Made by a program: the position numbers and the translations under genes | Source of the DNA: Dicyema japonicum | Lineage: Eukaryota; Animalia; Dicyemida | NCBI GenBank assembly: GCA_011109175.1 | Contig: RDEW01000016.1 | Coordinates: 737,592 to 800,195 of the forward strand | Length of the DNA stretch: 62,604 nucleotides | Direction: 5' to 3' | Notes under the pieces: generated by a model | Told to the model about the DNA's origin: nothing | Database searches by the model: none | The model's input: the letters and a program-made list of their open reading frames with translations, nothing else | Shown here: piece after piece, positions 9,349 to 19,083 of the stretch | How positions within the stretch are numbered: position 1 is the stretch's first letter | Layout: each line of letters opens with the position of its first letter

Positions 9349-10629
9349 TGTCACATGGGCCAAGCGTTACCTATGGGCAGCCTGTTACATTAACCTTGAA
9401 CCAAGATTAACTTCAATTAATTTTATAAATGATTTATTAAAAAAATTAAATTTAAGTAACTTTTTTTAGTCTACTCATTAATACAGTCGATATTTCTCCT
9501 TTCGAATTTTTTATCTATCAAATTAAACTATTTAAAACTACCTCCACGCGATTATTCGATAAAATATTAATTATTTCTGCAACTGGATAATACTGAACCA
9601 TTGTCCGACTGAAGAAATTTACATGGCCTATTCAGGCGGAACAAAGATCTTAAGTTTTCACATACTTCTTTACCAGACTTATTATAGAGTGGTCGTACAA
9701 AAACGAATCTATAAATTAAAAAAAAACCAACCTACTATATATGTCAATGACCGTTAAAACCCATTTGAAATTTTCATTTAATGTTGAAAATTTTTTCAGG
9801 TCTATTAGATCTACCTGAAAACGTTCATTTGGAGAAGAAGCAAGCACATGGTGATTTATATCTCCAATCTACAATTATAAAAAATCACGAACTTTTAAAG
9901 GACGCGAAAATTTGCAGACTTCACAATTTCGAATGACTTTTCTGATAATCTCATTCTTTACAGTGAAGTATTTTTGTCGACATTCATACTCAATTTTATT
10001 GACTCCTCCGTGTGAAAACTCGTGCAACGATTTCGCAACATGCTCCATTTCGGTTTCATTATCCAGGGATATGACTAACTTGGGATCAGTTGATTTAAGA
10101 TACAGTCTAAAATTATTGAAAATTTACAATACCTGTCATTGATAATAGAAAAATTCTCTATCTTCTTTACAAGCCTATATTTTCGGTGCCTCGGAAGATT
10201 TTCGGGAAATTTATCATGCAAAGCATCTTTTAAAGTTTGATATTCAACGCAATCTTTCACAAAACCCTTGTAAGAAGCCATTGCAACAAAATAATCTTCC
10301 ATGCTATAAATCACGCTAGAAATCTAGGTTTACCGCTATAAAAAAATAAAATCTTTATAATCATAACATTTATAAATAAAAAACTAATTTAACAGGATTA
10401 AATCACGATATAAATCGGATATATAAAATTAAATGTCGGATAATCCAATGAGGGACTCATCCTCACCTTTGTCGGTCTGGGATCACTTAGTTAGATGAGA
10501 ACTTTTATTTCTTTCTTTTTGACCCAGTGATCCGACATTAATAATAATAATGTCGGATAATCAAAAGACCTTTTCAAGGTCGAAAAAATGTAACAGGCTG
10601 CCCATGCGTTACGCGCCGCCCATGTGACA
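9349..10629 (-). mobile_element. Ginger/TDD-like DNA transposon with an intron-containing integrase-type transposase (defective)
   Basis: 43-bp TIRs (9349-9391 and 10587-10629, 37/43 identical) with TGT...ACA ends and a 5-bp TSD GAATA (9344-9348, 10630-10634). The spliced protein has an HHCC zinc motif (LHEFSHGG...CEVC), ERFQVDLIDL, WVLTVIDIYSRFVF and LQSDNG. Confidence 0.85.
10446..10548 (+). mobile_element. ~103-bp 5'-truncated LINE family D 3' end with 14-bp TSD
   Basis: Near-identical to 31297-31395. AATGTCGGATAATC flanks it at 10432-10445 and 10549-10562. Confidence 0.9.
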
Positions 10630-11039
10630 GAATATGCCTGTTCTGCCTGGAGATTCGCCATTCCTTCTACGAGGATAGAGTGTGTGAATTCTCTTAGACG
10701 GAAGATCATGAGGCACATACAATCAGACTCCACATCCGTTCCCAGTCTGCTTTCAGAGGAGGCGACGTTGAAGAATGGCCAGGGTTTCCTACGTTTCTGC
10801 AAGGAACTGGGAAACCCACTCAAAGGAAAAGGTGGCCCATGCAGAGGAATTTCGGTCGATTATAGAAAAGTGCACCCCAATTGAATTCCTTTGCAGAAGG
10901 AAGAGAAAACACTTCTGGAAGGTTCGGATGTTGTTGGAGGCTGGGATCACCTAATTAGTTAGTTTTGACCTATCCTTCTTGGTGGTCTTGGAGTTAATTA
11001 ATTAAATTAATTCTAAAGACCACTGTTAAACCGAAAAAA

Positions 11040-11760
11040 CTAAACTAAGTAATCCCGACGAATTGGATCAAGGCTCTCATCTTTTCTCGGTGTTGATTTC
11101 TTGAGCATACACAAGTTCGTTGCGGACAAGTACTTTCTTTTTGGCATTGGTGTTCATTTTTTTGATTAATTTCTACATGGGCGTCGGAGATTTAATTTTT
11201 TCCTCTGTGTACGGAGGAGACGCCCAATGCCTGGCCGGCATCATAAGAATCAAACTATTCTTCCCCGAGGAACAATGTCGTTACCTAAAGACAAGTTCTG
11301 AAATGCTAGGACAATTGACCGTCTATGTTAAAATTAACAATTGACCGTCTATGCGAGAGCGAACTTCGTATCCAAAAATAAAGTTCCTTTTCAACACCTC
11401 ATTTGCAAGATAAATAACAAGTCCAAGATGCCACACACTGTCGAAAGCTTTGGTATATCAATGCAGACTGCGGTCCAACATCCTATAGTTTTTAAAGACT
11501 TCACAATTAACGCGTTATCACTTTACAAACAATCTCCACAAGAGCGATTTATGCGAAATAACTGATTGTTTAGTACCTAGGTTTCCCAGATTTACTTATC
11601 ATCCTGACCTTCTTCAATTTCCAATGGGTAGGTATATGACCCAGCCTGATAATGCACTCATTGAAACATCCTATAGAGTGCCTGGGGTGCTTCCTTGCAT
11701 AAATGCATAGAGATCTTGTCCTTTCCAGGAGCATAGTCTTTAGTGTAATTTATCGCTGTG
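11040..11760 (-). mobile_element. Decayed non-LTR RT fragment
   Basis: Minus-strand remnants APGKDKI and KAFDSVWHLGL. Confidence 0.65.
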
Positions 11761-11769
11761 ACGTGATTG

Positions 11770-12000
11770 TAAAGAACTAATTACTTTTTCCAGCTTTTCT
11801 TTTAAAGAACTGATGGCCAAACGGGACAAACGCTCATCAGGGTTAACCTGCTGTATTTTTGAAAGTTCATCCCCAAACAGCTTATGAATTTATTTCAATG
11901 TGATCGTCATAATTTCCAGCTCCACGCGGATCAGAACATCGCCGTAGTTTGTTTCTTAAGCATTGTTTCCTTTTCAAAAAGACTACAACATTTTTAGGTG
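11770..12000 (-). mobile_element. hAT transposase C-terminal (dimerisation) remnant
   Basis: DERLSRLAISS resembles the ERLS.LA..SIE motif of ZMYM1-type hAT elements. Confidence 0.4.
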
Positions 12001-12089
12001 TCAAAAGTCGAAATTTTGACACACAACTCAATTAGTATACAAAAATTTTCCCCTCCCAGAACTATAAAGATAGAAAATGCATAAAACAA

Positions 12090-12800
12090 TCATAGTGAAA
12101 ATCACTATAGCTCTTTGTGTAATGCAACTGAACCAATAAAAATTAAATTTTGTGTTATTTGGCATAGTAAAAGACTAATGTGTTTAAAAGATTTTGATTT
12201 TGAAAATTATTGTACTATGCAAGTAAAAGGGATGACAACAGTATTGTTTTTATCAGTCTTTATAGAAATGAATTAAAATGTTACGGGAAAAGCTCTTTTT
12301 ACTAATTGATAATGCTCCACACTTTAACTAAATTTTTTGAAAACATTGAAATTTTATTCCTTCCAAAAACATAACTGCTCATCTTCAACCAATGGATGCA
12401 GGAATAATCAATAACTTTAAGCATTATTATAGAAAACGTATATTTTAGATTATATGGAAGCCCTTGATTTGGAAAAAGAATCTGTGTGAATTATGTCATA
12501 TCACGAATGAAGTAAAAATTAGCACATTAAAAATTGTTCAAAATGACAAGGACAATTAAATTCATTTGATAATGAAGATATCATTCAGGATCCTGTTTTG
12601 AATGAAAAGAACTGTAAGAATTTGCTAATACGAAGAAATAACTCAAACAGAATACTCAAAGAGAACGAAATAGTCATTCTTTGTGAAGATTATAATGTCG
12701 ACGAGGAAATTATTAATGCTGAAAATGTGGAGACCGATGGAGATTTTTCGCCAATTCAAATATTAAATTCAATTAACATTGTAGAAGAATGTTCATAATT
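12090..12800 (+). mobile_element. pogo/Tigger DDE transposase remnant
   Basis: Fragments LLIDNAPH and TAHLQPMDAGIINNFKHYYRK at about 12296-12440. Confidence 0.75.
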
Positions 12801-13334
12801 CAATGAATTTTAAAAAATGATACAATCTGGAACATTTAAAAAATTAAATAAATAATCAGTTAGAAAGGTTAATTCAAGGGAATAAAAGACTGACAACGAT
12901 TTATGAATTGATTAAATTAAACGTAATTTTTTGATTGACTCGAAAGTCAATTGTCGGGCACGACACAGTTTTTTTATCTATCTCACGACACAGTTGTTGA
13001 AAGGGCGATTCTTACACATTCTAGATATGCTGCCATAGTTAATCACAAATTTTCTGTACTACTCAGCAAAGAATTTGGAAATTCCATTTTTATTGCAGAG
13101 ATTATATTTTTCTCTAACTATTGGTAATCTGACTTTTTAGATTCAGGTTTTAAGTATAGTTTAAGTCAAATGACATTTTAACCAATGTGGAAGTTGTTTA
13201 ATAGAATATCCATTTTTAATTGTCGTTTTTGTTTTTTACTTCTATGTTCTGAATAATAAATATTAAAAAATGTATAAAATAAAATGTGATTAAAATAATG
13301 TCAAAATAAATAAATTAAATAATTAAATTACATA

Positions 13335-14054
13335 ATGTATGTGCAAATAGTTGCTCACAAAGTATATGCATTTCAATATTTAAATGGAGCAATGATTGGT
13401 TCTGATTCATTTGAATCAATAAACAGACATTTACGTATATTATTATATATTATATAGTTGACGAATATCATTATTATAAAATAATGATAGTATCATACAA
13501 AACTGCGATAGCAATGGCTGGATCAAGAATTGAAGTTTTATATTTAAGTCATATAATCAATAACTACAAAAAGTTATTTTATAATGCTTATTAAAGTTCA
13601 ATCGTACAATATGAATTTTTTTCATTTTTTAATAATTTTGTACAAGTAATTCAACTTACTATTCAACAAAACCTGTTTACAACTGTAATTTAATAAATAA
13701 TTCTAGGAAGTTATTATTTTGGGATGCGATGATACTCAATTTCATTTAGTCAAACTAGATTATCTTGGAAATTACCATCAAGGAGATTTTTTATCCATTG
13801 GTTATGGACCAGATTCTATTACTGATCGTTTAATAGACTTGTTTGCTTTATTTTAATTATTAGAATGAGAGAAGCATTTTCACAAAATTCTGATGAAGCT
13901 AAAAAAACTTTTTTCCGTGCTATTTTAGAATTCTTTGGTGATATAGAATTGGGAGTTAAAGCATTAGGCATGTTATTTATTTATTACAGTTTGGGATTTA
14001 AACAGAATTAACTATCGAGGAAGATTCTTTAACCTCGATTCAACAAAGGACTAA
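13335..14054 (+). CDS. Divergent 20S proteasome beta-type subunit (PSMB4/beta7-like, tentative)
   Basis: Removing four GT-AG introns of 22-24 nt gives a continuous ORF: VYAFQYLNGAMIGSD...IMIVSYKTAIAMAG...VKLDYLGNYHQGDFLSIGYG...MREAFSQNSDEAKKTFFRAILEFFGD. The last intron and stop are uncertain. Confidence 0.55.
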
Positions 14055-14099
14055 AAATTTATTTTTTTTCATTTTACAATTATTTTGAATTAAAATTTG

Positions 14100-14520
14100 T
14101 ATTTTATATCTCCTTGTTGTCCTTTAACAAGTCTGATCAACACGATATTGGTTGTTTTGAACGATTCATCTTCAAATTTAGAGACAATTTTAATAATTTC
14201 TGGAAGATTCTGAGAATAATATTTGAGCCCATCTTAAGACAACAACTTTGGGTGATCTTATATTTGTGAAAACGTTTTCCAGCGTCTGTTATTCTCCACC
14301 ATGGCAGCCTTTAAAAAAGAAATCAAGTTATCAACATCTGTGAAGTAGGATTTTATTCTTAGAGCACAATTGTGTAATAGATGTACAAGTGAAAAAGATT
14401 CGGATATAAAAATTTCACTGAGATCCCAAATTAAATTTATTTTTACCACTTGTCATAAATCTTGCGGTGTGACGAATAAGACGAACTTTTCATGTTTCTC
14501 ATTTCTTATTATTTCATTAA
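14100..14520 (-). mobile_element. DNA transposase remnant (hAT-like)
   Basis: HLLHNCALRIKSYFTDVDNLISFLKAAMVENNRR...YYSQNLPEI; the C..H..H signature is broken by frameshifts. Confidence 0.45.
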
Positions 14521-15599
14521 AATTCTCATTATTTCATCAACTTCAACACAAATTGTTGAAGGCCGAGAATGTAGGTGCTACACGATATCAGATGAAGATT
14601 TTTTGGAGTGTTGATTTTCCTAATCAGAGTAATTATAAAGCGAGTTCCGCTCACTCGAGTTCCATTCCCTATGATCATTGAAGATATGTTAAATGAGAGA
14701 AATCGATTGTCCAAGTTTTGTTGCGACCTTAATGTGGTATCCTGGGTGTTTCGGTCACTGAAGATAGGACGATGGTATTTGTGAGAAGACATTATTTTTG
14801 TTTTTTAAGTGGAGATCGGCAAGGAATAAATTGAATAACTTTGAGAACACTATTGAGAAACCGAAAAATAGACTTTTTTCTCCTAAGCAAATATATCCCT
14901 TCGACCACTAAGGAAGTTATTCATGCATAGTTTGAGCATACCAGGATTTATAATGATTTTTGTGAGTAATTTTTATATCCACCTTAAAACTCCATCAGAT
15001 TTTATTTAGATGAGCTCGACTCAAAGCCCAGACATAATGAGTTTATTTTATTAATATTTAAACTGCAAATTGTTAGTACACCATTAAAATAGTCTATAAA
15101 GTGGTAGTACTTGAGTAAAGATTTTTCTTCCTTTAAATCATCTGATCCAATACATGAGCGTCCAGTTTGTGATATATTCAAAAGGATCCACTATTTCTTT
15201 CACAGGTGACGAGTTATGAATTCAACCTCAGATTCACTGTGCTTGAAGGAAGACTCTCATGGGATAAATATTATTAATAGCAATGTCTGCGGAACCGGAA
15301 AAGTTAACTAATTTAAGATTCTCCATTTATCATGCATCTCAGGATTCGCGCAGTATGTCGTTTCCATCCTCCCCTGTTTCTCGCAAGCGCACACAGATTT
15401 CCTGTTTTCAGCTTTTTTCTTATGCAAGTGAGTTCTTTGTCGACCTCGATAAATTGTTTTTTTAATATGGAGAAGTATGATTCTATGGCCTGAATGACAG
15501 GTGCCATTTCCGAGGTCTTAGGATATGTCCAAAGAGCTACCATTTCGCTGAAGTCACTTTATTCCGAATCTGTGCTGTTTGATGATTCTGTAGAGTTCG

Positions 15600-16430
15600 T
15601 CGTTTGTCACTGCTTTGGCCAGTAAATTCCCAGAAGTCGCAGTTGTTTTCTGTGGAAAGAATTGAGGTTCTCCAGTTCTTTGGTGGTTAGGTCCCAGGTC
15701 CCCGCGTTATAAAGTAGAATTTGTTCGATAAAGGAGTTGTATAATAAACTTGAGGTTCGAGTACCTATGTACTTTAGCCGCATCCAAATCGCCCACAATT
15801 TTTTGAAAGAAGCAACTGCCAGAACTTTCCCGTGAATTACGTTCTCCGAGTCTTCGAGGAGAGATCCAACTTTCTTGCATGTTCTCCACTTTTCTTCGTT
15901 TCTCGTCGTACAACGGGATATACTAGTTTTTTCCGTTTTGTCTGGGTTTACTACCGGTGACAAGTCCTCTAACCCTTGAGGGATCACTTTTAGTGTAGTT
16001 TCCAGCGTATCCCTATCCCGAGAGACAAAATCAATATCATCGGCGTAGATTACTTCCATCACGTAGATGAAACAATTCTTCTCCTGGAGAGGTCTTAGAG
16101 TTAGGTATATTATGAATAGGACCGGGGATAACGAGTTTCCCTGTGGTGCACCAGTGTTGGTTTTAAATTTTATTGAGTTGTAAATTCCCACGCGCACAGA
16201 TAGTGATGTGTTGAAGAGTAAAAATCTGATCATACGTGATGCATCTTCGTCTAGAATACTCTCCAATACGTGCATTAGCTTATTGGGATTGATAGTGTCG
16301 AAAGCACTGAATAGGTCAATTCCGACGATTGAGATTTCTTCTTTGTGTTTCTGGCGCATTGCACACATCCATCTGTGGATCCATATAACGTTGACCTTCA
16401 GTTTGAATCCGCGGAGTTAAACATCTTATG
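15600..16430 (-). mobile_element. RTE-clade RT fragment
   Basis: ORF 15607..16368: GIDLFSAFDTI, GAPQGNSLSPVLFIIY, YADDIDF, NAGTWDLT, LNSFHRKQLR. Confidence 0.9.
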
Positions 16431-16718
16431 ATGGGAAAAAGACCGTTTAGCGAAAATAGCCATAAATTTTATTTTTGACGAAGACGGAACTTACTATAAT
16501 AGCAAAGACTACAAGTTAAGATTCTTTTGTGTTGAAGATATTGAGTTGAAACTCGTATAAGAATCTAATAATTGCTGATGACAAAATGGAAACAAAGCGA
16601 AAATGGAAATATGACGAAAACGATATCAAAATCGGAAATTACGTTGTATTGAGGTAATAAAAAAATTAAAAATTTTAGAATGGATAACGATGCCAATATA
16701 CAGAGGTATCCACTATAT

Positions 16719-17575
16719 CAGCGGTTTTCAACCTGTGGTCGATTCGACCCCCAGTGGTCTAAAATCAATCCAGATCAATCGTAAGGGGGTAGAAAATGAA
16801 ATACTTGAAAGTCGAAAATAAATTTAATATATTTATTTTTTTTTCATTTTAAATTAAATTAGTTTATTTTTAAAGTAGTAAACCTTTGTTCCTTAAAATT
16901 TTTAAAATTACCATGCTTGTTTTTGTTCGTGTATGAGTCGAAGATTCCATATGAAAATTTGGTTTCTTGTGCCACAGATGATGCAATGTCTATAGTTGAA
17001 AAATATAAAGGATTTGCGGCATATTTGAAAAAAATATGTCGAAATGTGATTCATATACATTGCGTTCTACATAGACAACATTTGTTTTCAAAAGCTCTTT
17101 CGCCAATTCTACATGAAACGTTAAATATAGTTATTAAAACCATAAACAAAATTAAAGCAAGTATTATCGTCTTTTTAGAAAATTTTGCTATGAGGCTAAA
17201 GAAACATATGTCCGTCTTGTGCTTCACACTGAGGTTATAGTTTCCAATTTCATTTTATAGGTACGATGGTTATCAAAAGAAAATGCATTAAAACGATTTT
17301 CAATATTATTTGACACAATCTTAATTTTTCTTACTTCTGAGGGTAATAAAAATTTAGCAGATTTAATTGTATCGAAAAAGAAAGAAATTATTTATTTGAC
17401 TTGGATTTTTGGAAAATTTAATGAAGTTTCATTAGAACTTCAGGGAAAGTATATGACGTTAATTGATTGTAAAAGAATTATTCAAATATTTATCGAAGAA
17501 ATTAAGTTATATAAATATAACTTGGAAAAAAGAAATTATTATAACATTCCCGAATTCCACTCAATTGGTCAAAAG
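16719..17575 (+). mobile_element. hAT Buster/Charlie-type transposon, 5' TIR plus deleted transposase carrying a 27-nt intron
   Basis: TIR CAGCGGTTTTCAACCTGTGG at 16719; HIHCVLHRQHL; LVLHTE|VRWLSK joined across the intron 17234-17260; YLTWIFGKFNEVSLELQG. Confidence 0.85.
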
Positions 17576-17579
17576 ATAG

Positions 17580-18830
17580 AGCAAAAGAATATCATCGGCA
17601 TAAATTAGCATTTTCGAATTTAAGTGTTCAAACTTCGGAATGTCACACATAACGCAATTGAATAAGAGGGGACTTAAGACAGACCCTTGTGGAATCCCTC
17701 TTTTTAAAAAATTTTTCTTCGATATACACGTATAAAAGATTCTCTACCAGGAAGAAATTCTTTCATCCAGAGCCTTGCTCCCAACATTAAAATTTGACAA
17801 AGTTTTCAACAACCCAGCATGCCAAACGATATCAAAAGCCTTTGACGTCTAGACATACAGCCGTAAGACATTCTCTATTCTTTTTAGCAACACATATAAA
17901 ATTTGATAATATTGAGAAACAATCTCCAGTACCTCTAGTGGGGCGAAAACCCCACTGATCATCGAGAAGAAAATTGTTGTCTTCAACGTATTTTGATAAT
18001 CTGTTGAAAATGATTTTTTCCATAATTTTCGATATACTGCATATTAGGCTTATTGGCCTATAGTTCTCTGGATTTGAACTAGCTTTTCCCTTCTTTGGGA
18101 TCATCCGTACAAAAGACTTCTTCCAAGTAGAAGGAACATGTCCAGAACACCACGAAGAATTAAATAAAGCCCATAACGTTTCCAATAATGGTATTCCAGC
18201 ATTTTTGAAGACAGTCAGGGGGATAAAATCCCAACCCGGAGCTTTATTTTTGCATTCATTAATAGCAAGAATTATCTCCTCCATAGTAATCGTACCACAC
18301 AAAGACCCCTCCACAAGCGAGGATGGCTCCTCTTCAAGAAAACTAGTTTGTATGCCTCGGGGAATAATTAACAGAAAATCCAATTCTTGTACCTCTGCGA
18401 GCTGTTGTCTTAAGACATCAGGAACTTTTTCTTTCGGGATCCGAGATCCGTCACGAGACTTGAGATTTATCTCTTCACCTTTCCTATCCAAAGAATTCAT
18501 TTTCGAAAAATGTTTCCAGAATTTAGGATTATTACGATAGAGTCTGGAGCATTCTTTCCTCCATCTATCTTCTTCAATACTTTTTGATACTTCGATCAAT
18601 ACTCTCTTTATAGACTTGATCCTCTCTTTGAGATGGTTAGAATCTTGTGGATCCCAATATCGTTTCAATTTTCCTTCCAAAGTTCTCATTTCACGAAGAA
18701 AACGACATTTCTCCCCATTCATTAATTTATTTTTATGCGGAGAAAGGAATCTCCTTCTTCCATAATAATCAAGATAGTTTAAAATAACATTTCTTATTTT
18801 AAAATAACATTTTTTCGAGAACCTCTGCAC
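17580..18830 (-). mobile_element. I/Jockey-group LINE RT fragment
   Basis: ORF 17832..18830: KAPGWDFI, PENYRPISLICSISKIMEKII, QWGFRPTRGT, AVCLDV; GIPQG and YADD remnants at 17590-17700. Confidence 0.9.
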
Positions 18831-19083
18831 TATATGATTGTTTGGATACTACGAAATACTGTGTAGTAGAGCAAAATTATCCGATTTATTCCGACATTAT
18901 AGAAGAAATACATATTTCCAGACTTGAATTAATTGAATAATTTTTTAAACATTTAATATTAGGTATACGACGATAATATTAATTTCTCGCTTAATCATCC
19001 TAAAAATTTGATTAAATAAATTTAGGTTTAGGGATTAAATTTTATTAATTTTATCTAATACCTGAGTTGTCCTTAGATTATTT

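Larger units (their letters stand above)
7978..11010 (+). mobile_element. Ingi/Vingi-like LINE (family A) with internal deletions, interrupted by the Ginger-like element at 9349-10629
   Basis: 5' pseudoknot, LLLLSGDIEPNPGS 2A-like motif, APE start ILQLNVNGIRNK, RT DIQKAFDSV and SYADD. The reading IAPTIEY resumes as EYACSAWRF after 10630. The 3' hairpin is at 10943-10989. Confidence 0.9.

Noticed and set aside
10750-10790. GGDVEEWPGF, a 2A look-alike (also in the minus-strand copy near 34610-34645)
   Set aside because: It is in an alternative frame of the RT C-terminus (SEEATLKNGQGF) and lacks the essential N and terminal P.
5382-14054. POMP-like and proteasome-beta-like genes as a functional cluster
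   Set aside because: They are 7.6 kb apart, separated by pelota and TEs; two genes are compatible with chance.
19021-19033. TTTAGGTTTAGGG upstream of a CRE element as a telomeric target
   Set aside because: Only two imperfect units in AT-rich DNA, absent from other CRE flanks.
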